Shown piece after piece: positions 25,381 through 38,295 of a stretch of DNA of 64,000 nucleotides. This DNA is from the human T2T-CHM13v2.0 reference genome, Homo sapiens: NCBI RefSeq assembly GCF_009914755.1, contig NC_060930.1; one strand, given 5' to 3'. Position numbers and translations under genes: made by a program. The notes under the pieces were generated by a model. That model saw nothing but the letters and a program-made list of their open reading frames with translations. It searched no databases and was not told where the DNA came from. The first letter of the stretch is position 1. The number at the start of each line of letters is the position of its first letter.

Positions 25381-28300
25381 CAGCTCTTCTGTAAAAAAGA
25401 ATTTAACGTCTTTTTTTTATCATTATGACCTTAGAAATCATATTCTTTCAAATATTTGAGATAAACTTTGGTGCTTAGAATAGGGGCTTGCCATATGGAA
25501 TAAGTAAGCAACATACAGGTTTAATAGCAGGATACTGTCAATATCAAAATATCTTTTTAGAACTGTTTATCCTTTTAATTTATATTAATTTTCTGTATCA
25601 TTGAATCTATAGCCAAGGTATCTATTTTTTTGAGCATCATTAAAATGAAAGAAAAGAGCAGTGAATACCACTATATTTGAAGGTAAAGTGATATGGGTAA
25701 GTTATACACAAACTCAAAGACGCATGCCTTCATTTAGATCTTTATGGTGTTCCCCAAAACAATCCTTCCTATTTAGTTAATAGTAGTTTCCAAGCATCCT
25801 CCACAACCCTAACCTAACTTGCAAACAGATAATTTTAGAAATTAAAAAAGGGATAATTGTAGATATATCTTCAACCCAAAAAAATGCATTCTGCTTACTC
25901 TACTTAAAACGAAACCTCACATGATTTCTGATGGTCCTTACCGGCAATCTCCTTAAAAAAGTAACTGATGATCAATTCTTATTCCTCATATTATAGCTCC
26001 CAACCTGATGGCAATGTTACCCAAATCTACTAATTGCCAAATTCAATGACTGTTGTTAGATTTTTTCATTTCCTTTTATATATGACCTCATTGAAATGTT
26101 TGAAACCCTTGAAAACTCTTATCCTCTTGAAATATTTTTATTCCATTCATTCCATTCACTGTTCCTCAGAGTTCACTCATTATATGTCACCTAGGCTGTT
26201 ACAATAGCCATGTAATTATAGAAGGCATTCAGTAATTGGTAATAACATAATATAACAGAACATAAAAACAGGCAAATTGGAGATGCCTCATTTGAAAGAA
26301 GCATTGTCATCCTAACATGTTGTGTTTTTTTATTAATTAGAAAAGTAAACCAAAAACATGTTTCTATTTTGTACTCATTTTATTCAATAAAGAACTCTGT
26401 TGCAAATGGTTCAGAATATATGAATTACTAATATGCCTTGAAGTGTTATTCCTCATGCAGGAAGAGGAAGAGTGATTGCCTGATGTTTACTCTCACAAAC
26501 ACACTTTATAATCCACAACAGAGGACAAAATATTGAGAAACAAGTTGCAGAAGAGTGAAAAATATTCTCTGCCCAGACTGCTGTGTTTATTCTCCTGCTG
26601 TGATCCATTAGTAAACAGCTGTTCCTTGACTTCTGGAGATAAGATTTCTGTCAGTACAGCAAATTGAGGACAGAAGGGACTCATTTTCTCAAACAGGTGA
26701 AGGAAGGGCCAGAACATGATTTATAATTCCTTGCAATGTATCACACAAATTACATAACCAATTCATATATTCCAATTTTCATTACTGAGCAGAATTTTCA
26801 CTTAACCTAATTTGTCTATCTTTTCCAAAAGGGAAAATAACAAGAATTTGGGTTAAAGAAACTTTTAGTGCTTTATGAAACATAACAAAATATCTAAAAC
26901 CTTGAAAGGCATGCCATTTTTCTAAATAAATTTATCTTATTCTCAATAACTCAACTGATGAGATTTGGAAATGAAGATTTTATGTTGGTGAAACCTTATA
27001 AACAAAACTTCTGAATTAATATTATGCATGTACGAATCAGACAGTAGAGTGGGAAAGTACTTACAGATTCAATTATCTTTCATTCTTTTGCAAAATTTAT
27101 AAAGGACACACTTATCAATTGCTGACAATGAACACCAAAAACCTCAGAGTATATGTCTCTGATGAACCAGAATGAATTACACAGATGCCTGGAATGTCCC
27201 AATAATGTGCCTTTATTTCCAAATACAGGATTTTGTAAACCTCATTGAATATGGTATTGATATGTTTATCATCTGGGAAAAATATAATATTGTGGTTTAA
27301 CATTCTTTAATATTGGAAAGAACCTAATGAAAACCATGAATACTGTAGGGAAATAAGTTAGATTTACTTTAGAGGCCTGTTTATTCTTCATTTAACAAGA
27401 ATGGACAAATCATACAATTCATGGATTAATTCATTAGAGAAGAGAATTGAAATTCTTCATTTGGAACATGTTTAACTTGGGAGAATTAAGTCATTTTTGA
27501 GAAATGTCCTTCAGAAAACCTGACTCCAATTTTCATTACTAATTCAAAAATTAATTCAAAGGTAATTGAAATTTGGGAAAAGTGTTAAGAAAAATGTTAA
27601 AGTATGAAAGTTTAGAAAAAATCACATTAATCAGCACTCATTGTTCTATGTTGTTTTTTCCTTTGAGCCATACATGCATTGTATAAAAACACTCCCATTT
27701 TGTCAATATAAAATCATCAGCATTATTCATTCAAACTATTTTTGAGCACTTACTACATGCCAAGAACAGTGCAAGACGTTGAAGAGTTTAAAATGATTAA
27801 AGTATAGTTTGTGACTTATGTTTTATAGTCTATAAACTTAAAATTTCACTATAAAAGGGAAACAGGTGAAGATTCAAGAACAATATGTTGTGCCAAACAA
27901 ATCAAGCCCATAGGAATGGAGAGAACACATGGTTATTTGAGCAGGGGAACTTTACTATAAGGAGTTTTTAACTAGTAGAAGGTAGAACTACTAAAAGTTA
28001 TGGAAGAGGATTCTAAGAGGTCCAGGCATGGCACAAGCAAGAGAAGCTACTACCCCCAGGCTGAGGAAAAGTGGAAAATAAAGGAACTGATAACTAGGAA
28101 AAGGCCCTGCCCCAACCCTGGCTGTGATCTAGATCTCTTCCAAAATATTCGTCTATGACAGGAACAAAGCTTGCTGGTGACAAATAATCTTGCCAGAAAG
28201 AAAGGGACAGTGCTGTTCTCTAGAAGCAGCCCAAGTTGCTGGAATGTCTGAGCCATCTGGAGCTGATTTACAGAAGCAGTTCACCATTGCCAAAGGGTGT

Positions 28301-28752
28301 GAATGGATTAGAGCTACTTGGAAGAGGCTGTTCATTAGGAAAGTATGGCCTGGTTACTTTACTTATAAAGTATTTTATTTTTAATAAAAATAAAAATGTT
28401 TCCATTTTTATTGAAATGGGCTGAGTATCATTGCTGGGGAATGTGCACAAGGTATATTGGGGATGATAAAGAAGTAGATTATCTGAGGTAGCAATCAGAC
28501 AGAGGGATTTTGTGAAAGACGTGTTTAATGAGAATTTGTCTGAAGACATGGTGTGCAGTGTGTCACTGTCATCTTTCCAATGCCTCTGTAAATCTTAAGT
28601 AGAGACTACAAAACTAAGAAAAAGAAAATAATAATAAAATGGTGAGTTGAATTAGATTTCATTTAAAAACTAGTGAAGGGTCTGAGTTTTACCAATTGTT
28701 TAATGTTAAGCCAAAAGAGGATCAAGTGTATGAATGAAAAGATTAATAATAT

Positions 28753-28980
28753 CTGGAAGATGGCGAGGACTTCAATCTTGGTGATGCCCTGTATAGCAGC
28801 CACTGCATGCAAACCATCCAAAAGACCACCAGCAGCCGGAGAGTGGATAGCAAAGTGGTATCTGAGACCAATGACACCAAAGTTCTGAAGCATTAAGCCA
28901 GCAGAAGCAGGGTACCCTTTGGGGAGCAGGAGGCCAATGAAAAGTTCAGAGGTTAAAAAAAAAAAAAAGAAAAAAAAGAA
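28753..28980 (+). pseudogene. KRT18: 5'-truncated processed pseudogene of keratin 18 (C-terminal tail, 3' UTR, poly(A))
   Basis: 28753-28896 translates to LEDGEDFNLGDALYSSHCMQTIQKTTSSRRVDSKVVSETNDTKVLKH*, versus the recalled KRT18 end LEDGEDFNLGDALDSSNSMQTIQKTTTRRIVDGKVVSETNDTKVLRH*. The KRT18-like UTR 'gccagcagaagcagggtaccctttggggagcaggaggcc' follows, with AATGAA at 28936 and poly(A) from 28955. The symbol is that of the parent gene. Confidence 0.95.
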
Positions 28981-28989
28981 AGAATACTC

Positions 28990-31900
28990 CCATCCTTAAG
29001 ATAAGAATTTTTAAAACTAAACAATCTGAAAATCAACAATCTCTTCAGAGAATCGAGGTCATAGGGTAAACCACCACACAAATTCTAGAAAGACAACAGA
29101 ATACAGAGAAATATTGCCAAGCTCTATTTACCCAGAGCAGGAGTTTCTGGAGCTACAAATTATAGAAATACTTAAACACTAATTTTGACAACTTGCTGTA
29201 GACTAAGTATAGACTAACATGAGAATGAGAAACTCCTACAGGCCACAGTCTTGGGAAAATCTTCACACTTTTGTGGGTTTTACCTCTAGGAATCTCAACA
29301 GGTTCTCATGGTCAAGAGCCAAGAGAAACTCCCCTCACAATTCTGTCAGGGGAAGAGGGGAGTAGCCATTTTTAAATATACCAACTATTCTACATAACAA
29401 GAAAAAGATTTTACCAGAGCCTAATACACCTGGGGAAAGGGCACTTATTCTCCTCCAGCACCCTCTAGCCTTCGTATCTCACTTAAATGGAGGGCAAAAA
29501 CTGAAAAATAAAAAAAAAAAAATTGTGCCATTCACAAGCCAATAATACAGGCCCACAGGCCCAATAAAAGACTGAAATTTAACCATAAGATTATAGATTA
29601 CTTCCCTTTCCCCATACCTAACTGCCACATCTACAGGGTCCCTATATAATAATAATAGACTGCACATTAAAGAGCTGCAAGCCACTGACTTAAGGTAAAC
29701 TTCTTAGGGAATTCTGAAGATAACAGGAGAGACCAGAACAAGGACATTAGAGGAATCTGAAGTCTCTGGCACGTACAGCAAACATGAAATACATCCTACC
29801 TCCTGGTCAGATTAATATAAAACCTCACACTAAAGGCCCATTTACCACAGTTCCTTTTACCCAATACATCATGCTCAGCTTCAAAAAATCATAATAATAA
29901 CAGGCATACTAAAAGACAAATAAGAAAAAAACAGTATAAAAAGTTCAACCTAGCATCGAAGCCAGACTAAGATATGGCACAGATTTTGAAATATCAAACA
30001 GAAAATTTTAAATATTTATGATTAAAATGTTAAGAAATCTAATGGAAAAAGTTAATAACTTGCTAGAATAGGTGAATAACATAAGCAGAGAGATAAGAAC
30101 TCTATGAAAAGATCAAAAAGAAATGCTGGAAGTAAAAAACACTAATAGAAATGAATAATGTTTTTGGTGGGTCCATCAGTAGATTGGGCACAGCCAAGGA
30201 AAGAATCAGTGAGCTGAACTGAAATGCAAAGATTAAAAGACTAAAAAAAGAATAAGATGTCAAGAACTATAGCAAATTTCAAAAGGTATAACATAGACAT
30301 ATTTGGAATACAGGAAGGAGAAGAAAGGCAAAATAAATAAAAAAAACTATTGGAAGTTACAATGGTTGAGAAAATTTCTGGAATTAATGACAGACATCAA
30401 ATCATACATCAAGGACGGTCAGAAATCATAAAACAGGGCTAAATAGCAAAATGCCTACATGTAGACAGATCATCTTCAACTCTAGAAACCCAAAGACAAA
30501 GAGAAATTACTAAAATAAGCCAAGGGGAGGAAATAACTTTACCTATAGAAAAACAAAAACAAGAATTACAGGAAACTCTCATCACAAACCAACAAAAAGA
30601 GTGCAGTAAAGTATTTAAAGTGTTGAAAGAACAAATCACCAACTTAGAACTCTACATTCAACAAAATTATCTTTAAAAAGTGAAGGAGAAACACTTTATC
30701 AGGCAAAAAGCAGGTAATTCAGCAGCAGCAGACCTGCACCGTAAGAAACGTTAAAAGAAGCTCTTCAGAAAGAAAGAAAATGACCTAAGTCAGAAATTCA
30801 GATCTATATAAAGAAAGAAAGAGATACATTTGTTAAGGTAAAATAAAATATTTTGTTACAAATTTTTAGTTGTTTTAAAAGATAACTATTTTTATTTTAT
30901 TAATAATAGTAACAATATACTAGATGAGTAAAGCAAATGAAAAAGGTAAAATTAATATTATAAGGATGGAAAAAAGAAACTGGGAATATTCTGTTATAAA
31001 ATACCTATACTACACCTGAGACGGTATAATGTTATTTGAAGGTAAGTTTATATTCATTAGAAATGCACATTTTATTGTATTTTTTTAAAATTATACTTTA
31101 AGTTGTAGGGTACATGTGCACAAAGTGCAGGTTTGTTACATATGTATACATGTGCCATGTTGGTGTGCTGCACCCGTTAACTCGTCATTTACATTAGGTA
31201 TATCTCCTAATGCTATCCCTCCCCCCTCCCCCCACCCCACGACAGGCCCAGGTGTGTGATGTTCCCCACCCTGTGTCCAAGTGTTCTCATTGTTCAATTC
31301 CCACCTATGAGTGAGAACATGCGGTGTTTGGTTTTCTGTCCTTGCCATTGTCTGCTCAGAATGATGGTTTCCAGCTTCATCCATGTCCCTACAAAGGACA
31401 TGAACTCATCCTTTTTTATGGCTGCAAAGTATTCCATGGTTTATATGTGCCACATTTTCTTAATCCAGTCTATCACTGTTGGACATTTGGGTTGGTTCCA
31501 AGTCTTTGCTATTGTGAATAGTGCCACAATAAACATACTTGTGCATGTGTCTTTATAGCAGCATGATTTATAATCCTTTGGGTATATACCCAGTAATGGG
31601 ATGGCTGCGTCAAATGGTATTTCTAGTTCTACAATGGTTGAACTAGTTTACAGTCCCACCAACAAGTGTAAAAGTGTTCCTATTTCTCCATATCCTCTCC
31701 AGTACCTGTTGTTTCCTGACTTTTTAATGATCACCATTCTAACTGGTGTGAGATGGTATCTCATTGTGGTTTTGATTTGCATTTCTCTGATGGCCAGTGA
31801 TGATGGGCAAGAAATGCATATTTTAAACCCTAGGACAACCACCAAAAAAGCTTTTTTAAAGAAGCATAATGATACATTAAGAGAGGAGATAACAATGGAA

Positions 31901-33690
31901 TAATAATAATAAAGCCTCAAATAAAAAGAAGGAAAGCACAAAAAGAAGGTAAAAGATATAAATAACAAGCTGTAATAAATAGAAAACAATAACAAATATA
32001 GCAGATATTAATTCAACCATATCAATAATCACTTTAAATATAAATAATCTAAACACACCAATTAAAAGACAGAGATTGTCAATATAGATAAAAACAAGAC
32101 CCAACTATACACTGTATTCAAGAAACTCACTTTAAATATAAAAAGTCAGTTAGGTCAAAGCAAGGGGATGAAAAAGATTTACCATACCAACAATAAATAA
32201 AAGAAAGCTAAAGAGTATATATTAATTTCAAACAAAGCAAACTTCAGAACAAGAAAAATTTTCAAGGATAAAGGAGGACATTACATAATGATAAAGGCCT
32301 ATTCTCCAAGAAGACATGACAATTTAATTTGTATGTACATAACAACACAGCATCAAAATAATGAGACTAAAACTGGTAAACTGCAAGAAGAAATAGGCAC
32401 ATCTACTTCAACACACCTTTTCAGTAATTGATAAATCAAGCAGGCAGAACATCAGTAAGGATTTTTTTGATCTGAACAACACTGTGAATCAACTCGCTCT
32501 AGTTGATATTTACAGAATTCTTCATTCAACAGCCACATTATACAAATTCTTCTCATATTACATAAAACATTCACCATGACAGATCATGTTCCAGGCCATA
32601 AAACACACCTTAACAAATTTTTTGAACATAAAAATTATATAAAGTATGTTTTCAGAACAAAATGGATGTAACTAGAATTTAGCAACAGAAACAGAGCTTG
32701 GAATTCCCAAATATTGAAAGACTAAACAACTCACTGCTAAATAACATATGGGCCAAAGAAAAAATTCTCCAGAGAAATTAAGTTACTTTACTCTAAAACT
32801 TATCAAAATCTACAGGAAGTATCAAAAGCAGTGCTTAGATGAAAATTTTTAGCATCATTAAATGCATATTATTAGAAAAAAGAAAGACCTAAAATACGTA
32901 ATCTAAACTTTCACCTTAGGAAAGCAGAGAAAGAAGAATGATTTAAGCCTAAAGTCATCAGAAGAATGGAAATAATACAAACTAAAGCGAAAATCAAAGA
33001 AATTAACATATAAAACAATAGAAAAAAACCACAAAAGCTGATTCTTTGAAAATATAAATAAAATAATAAAACTCTAGCCAGGATAGCTTAGAGAGAGAGT
33101 GAAAAAGAGAACACAAATTACCAATATAAGTTTTTTAAATATGTTGTTATTACTGATCCATGGCTACTAAAAGCATAAGAAAGGAATTCTGAAAAAACAA
33201 CTCTAGGCCCACAGATTTGATAACTTAGATGAAATGGGCCAGTACCTTAAAAGACATAAAATACCAAAGCTCACACAAGGAGAAATGGATATTCTGAATA
33301 TCCTTAATATGTAGCTATTAAAAATCTATTTAAAAAATTAAATCAATAATAAACCCTCAAGAAAAAAAATATAAGGTTCATTTCTTATTGAAAGAATTGG
33401 TAGAATTTAAACTTGTTCATTGGTAAATTATCCTGAGTATTACAGTAAGAAATGATACTAATTTCCCATAACGTCTTCCAGAAGATACAAGCAGGGAGAA
33501 TACTTCCTAACTCATTCTAAGATGCCACATTAGCTTAATGCTGGAACTCGATAGATATTACAAGAAAGAAAAATCACAGGCCAATATCTCTCATGCACAG
33601 ACATTAAAAAAATATATACAGTAAAATATTAGCAAATTTAATGCAATAATATACAAAAAATTCTACACCATAACAAAGTTGAATCAATAT
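28990..33690 (+). mobile_element. Old L1M (L1MC/MD-like): 5' region, ORF1 and first half of ORF2
   Basis: 'aaagaatcagtgagctg', 'tttaaaaagtgaaggagaa', 'aacacaccaattaaaagacagagattgtca' and 'cacaggccaatatctctcatg'. Confidence 0.8.
31075..31809 (-). mobile_element. L1PA (young) 3' fragment, antisense, nested in the L1M
   Basis: Canonical antisense L1PA 3' end; 16-bp TSD agaaatgca(c/t)atttta at 31059-31074 and 31810-31825. Confidence 0.92.
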
Positions 33691-35949
33691 CTTTGTATAT
33701 ACATTTTAAAAATACTTTTACTCAATTATTTTTAAAGAAATATTCCTAGAATTAGAATTGCCAGATAAAAAGGTATGTACACTTTGAAGAATTTCAATGA
33801 ATATTTTAAAAATTATTTACAGAACAGCCAATTTAATTTTTATTTCCATCACAAGAATTTAGGACAGCTATTTAAGCCATTATACATGTTCCCTAGTGAA
33901 TTACCATGTTTAATTTCCCATTAGGTTTTTTTAATGGTTTACATAGTGAGGATTTATAAAGATTTTATTATTTTATAACTGAACTTTCTTCTGTAACATT
34001 TGTCTTTTCACCCTTTTTTGATGTTTTTGTCCCAATTTTTTTTTCTTAACTTTTAGTAGTTAAAAATCTAAATATTTAATTCATGGTATCAGACCTTAGG
34101 CCATACTTTTTAAAATGTTTTTCTTCTAGTCCTTTGTAATCTGGAATTCATTCTAAGATTAGCAGAGATCTGTCTCTTTTTTTAATCATTTGTTATCTTG
34201 GAACTATAATTTGTCTATCTCCCCACTGGCTTTAGTTTTCAAGTGTATTGTTAATTAAAAATTCTGGGGTCTATTTTGTATTCTCTATTTTATTCTTTTG
34301 ATATGACCTTCTGCTCTGAAATCAGAACCATCTTGCTTTAAATATAAAAAGCCATGCAAACTTCAGAACAATGAAAATGATCATGGCTAAAGAGGGGCAT
34401 TACATAATGATAGAGGCCTATTCTCCAAGAAGACATACTATAGGAATAGATATTTCTACTATGTGCTATCCTTTACTTAAAAAAAAAAAACTTATAGCAA
34501 CTCAGATTGCTTTATCCTTTTAATTTAATCAAATTCTCAGAAAAAAATTATATTGATTTATTTTAAATTTAATTGCAGTTTAGACAGAATTAACATCTTT
34601 ACACACTCTTTTCATAGACTTTGTCTATTCGTTTCAAATAGACAAGGATATATCTATTTTATATTTTTTATTTCATGGTTTCATTGCTCTTTTAAATTAT
34701 ATATATGGGAGGGTTTAGCCAATTATGATTCTCAAAAGAGAGCAAAGCTACTGTTTTTGCATATTGATTTTGAAATGTCACCTTTCAGCTCATTATTTTC
34801 CAGAGAATTTTTTTTGAAATAGATAGTGATATTATAGCAAATAATAATAACATGCCTTCTTTTACAAAGGATTTTATACTTTATTTTTTTCTCATTTTCT
34901 TATCTTTAATGTCTTGGCTAGCATTTTCAGAACAATGTGCAATAATGACAACAATAGTGTGCATCCTTGTCAGCATTCTGATGTCAATGGAAACACCCCA
35001 GTGATGAATAATGTTGGCTGCTGATTTCTGGCCTCCAGAACACAGAGCAATAAAAATAGATGTTAGTAACAAAATGTTAACCCAAAACAGTAAAATCATT
35101 GGAAATTTAAAAGTCCTAAACAACTAACAATATTCCTTAAAAGTCAAGGAAGTATGTTTGTATCTTTATGTTCCAAGACTACGTATTATCATATCAGTAA
35201 TACTTGTGATTAATCAAATGTTTATTAGTGTTTATTGTGATTGACAACTAATTTTTACACTTTGCTAAACTACACTATTAGATTTCCTGATGAAATATGT
35301 TTGTATGATAGGTAATTGTGCAATTTGTAATTTTGTACTGCTTTTATATGTTGCTGAATAAAATTTGCTAACTTCCCAGAAGCAACCACCTTCTACTTCT
35401 TCCACTATTGTTTTGGAGAGTTCCCTCCAGATCTCTAAACAATATGCATCTAATACATATTGTCAATAATATTACAGTTTCTGCTGATTATTCTGTTAGA
35501 TGAAAATCTCTTATGGTTCCTTTACCCATTTTCCCAGTATTAGTATAATGTAAGTTTTATAACATATATGTAAACAGAATATTTTTGTCATTATAACTCT
35601 GTACTCTTGAGTATATTATAATTTAATTCCCCTTCTTTTGGTTCTTCCTGGAGTCATATATTTCTTTTTTAGTTCATTTACTTTATTTTCCTTAATGGCC
35701 TCCTACACCTTTATTTTCTATTAATGGCTTCCTACACCTCCCACATTTTGTAAAAACATCTCTCCATATAATTTTCTACTCTGTCACACTGATAGTTCAT
35801 TAGTTCTTGATATATCCACACCCTTCGTGGGACTCTCTCACATTCTGCTATCATTTGGACTAGATTCTCTCTAAGCCTTCAACACACTCATCCTAGGCCT
35901 TCCTACTCTTTACTTTCTTCTACGTTGTATATGCTCTCTCCGAGATCTT

Positions 35950-36264
35950 TTTTTTTTTTTTTTTTTTTTGAGACGGAGTCTCGCTCTGTCGCCCAGGCCG
36001 GACTGCGGACTGCAGTGGCGCAATCTCGGCTCTCGGCTCACTGCAAGCTCCGCTTCCCGGGTTCACGCCATTCTCCTGCCTCAGCCTCCCGAGTAGCTGG
36101 GACTACAGGCGCCCGCCACCGCGCCTGGCTAATTTTTTGTATTTTTAGTAGAGACGGGGTTTCACCTTGTTAGCCAGGATGGTCTCGATCTCCTGACCTC
36201 ATGATCCACCCGCCTCGGCCTCCCAAAGTGCTGGGATTACAGGCGTGAGCCACCACGCCCGGCC
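35950..36264 (-). mobile_element. AluYb8-type young Alu
   Basis: Diagnostic 'ggactgcggactgcagt' 7-nt duplication and 'ttcaccttgttagcc'; CpGs intact; pure poly-T; perfect TSD tctccgagatctt at 35937-35949 and 36265-36277. Confidence 0.95.
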
Positions 36265-36645
36265 TCTCCGAGATCTTATACCTTCTTCATTCTGGTTTAT
36301 TCACTTGTTTTGATGGAAGTACATTCTTTATCATGTTCCCAAGAGATGCTGCAAAGGAGATAAATTCTTAGAGACTTTATGATTCTGAAAATATCTTCTT
36401 CTACACTTACATTGCTGGTCAATTTGGCTAAGCCTATAATTATTTTCCCAATAGAAGATTGCTTCATTGATTTCTAGTTTCAAATTATGATTTTGAGATG
36501 CTATTATTATTTCAGATCCTTTGTATGTGACCTGTTTATTTATTTTTTTTTTTTTTGGTAAGTTTTACAGTATCTGAAATCATGATTAAAGGTTGTGATA
36601 TGGCTCTTTTCTAATTTTTTTGTGTTGCATAATCAGTGGGCTTCT

Positions 36646-38295
36646 TGTTTTTTTAACTTTTCTTTTAGGTTTGGGGGTACATGTGAAGGTTTGTTACATA
36701 GATAAACACATGTCATGGGGATGTGTTGTACAGATTATTTCATCATTCAGGTACTAAGCCTAGTACCCAACAGTTACTTTTTCCACTCCTCTCTTTCCTT
36801 TCACCCTCAAGAAGGTCCCAGTGTCTGTTGTTCCCTTCTTTGTGTTCCTGAGTTCTCATCATTTAGCTCCCACTTATAAATGAGAACATGCAGTATTTAG
36901 TTTTCTTTTCCTGCATTAGTTTGTTAAGGATAATTGCCTCCAACTCCAGGCATGTTTCTGCAAACGACATAATCTCATTCTTTTTTATGACTGCATAGTA
37001 TTCCGTGGTATGTATGTACCACATTTTCTTCATCCAGTCTGTCACTGATGGGCAGTTAGGTTGATTCCATGTCTTTGCTATTGCAAATAGTGCTGCAATG
37101 AACATTCACATGCATGTGTCTTTATGGTAGAATGATTTGTATTCCTCTGTGTATATACAAGTAATGGGATTGCTGGGTCTCATGGTAGTTTTGTTTTTAG
37201 CTCTTTGAGAAATAATCATACTGCTTTCCATAATGGCTGAACTAATCTATACTCCCACTAACAATGTATAAGTGTTCCCTTTTCTCTACAACCTCACCAG
37301 CATCTGTTATTTTTTGACTTTTTTTTAATAGCCATTCTGACTGGTGTGAGATGGTATCTCACTGTGGTTTTGATATACATTTCCCTAATGATCAGTGACG
37401 TTGAGCTTTATTTCATATGTTTGTTGGCCCTATGTATGTCTTCTTTTGAAAAGTGTCTGTTCATGTCATTTGCCTACTTTTTAATGGGGTAGGTTGTTTT
37501 TCTCTTGTAAATTTGTTTAAGTTCTTCATAGATAATATCTATAAGATAGTAAAAGATAATATCTGATGGATATTAGACCTTTGTTAGATGCATAGTTTGC
37601 AAATATTTTCTCTCATTCTCTAGGTTGTCTGTTTACTCTGTTGATAGTTTCTTTTGCTGTACAGAAACTCTTAAGTTTAATTAGATCCCAGTTGTCAATT
37701 TTTTGCCTTTCTTGCAATAGCTTTTGGTGGCTTTGTCATAAAATCTTTGCCTGTTCCTATGTCCAGGATGGTATTGCCTAGGTTGTTGTACAGGATTTTA
37801 TAATTTTGGCTTTTACAATTAAGTCTTTACTCCATCTTGAGTCGATTTTTGAATATGGTGTAGGGAAGGGGTCTAGTTTCAAACTTCTGCATATGGCTAA
37901 CAAGTTACCCCAGAATAATTTATTGAATAGTAAATCCTTTCCCCATTGCTTGTTTTTATCAGCTTTGCTGAAGATCAGAAAGTTGTAGGTGTGCAGCCTT
38001 ACTTCTGGGATCTCTATTCTGTTTCACTGGTCTACATTCCTGTTTTAATAGTATTACAATGCTGTTTTGGTTACTGTAGCCCTGTAGTACAGTCTGAAGT
38101 CAGGTAACATGATGTCTCTAGCTTTGTTCTTTTTGCTTAGGATTGCCTTGGCTATTCGGGCTATTTTTCCAGTTTTACATGAATTTTAAGATAGTTTTGT
38201 TCTAGTTCTGTGAAGTACGTCATTGGTAGTTTGGTAGGAATAGCATTGAATCTATAAATTGCTTTAGGCAGTATAATCATGTTAATGATATTGAT
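36646..38295 (-). mobile_element. L1PA13-16-like 5'-truncated element
   Basis: Antisense L1 3' end and ORF2 C-terminal part; TSD tcagtgggctt(c/t)t at 36633-36645 and 38296-38308. Confidence 0.88.

Noticed and set aside
28663-28893. ORFs 28663-28893 (-) and 28673-28888 (+)
   Set aside because: They are the antisense and off-frame readings of the KRT18 retrocopy.
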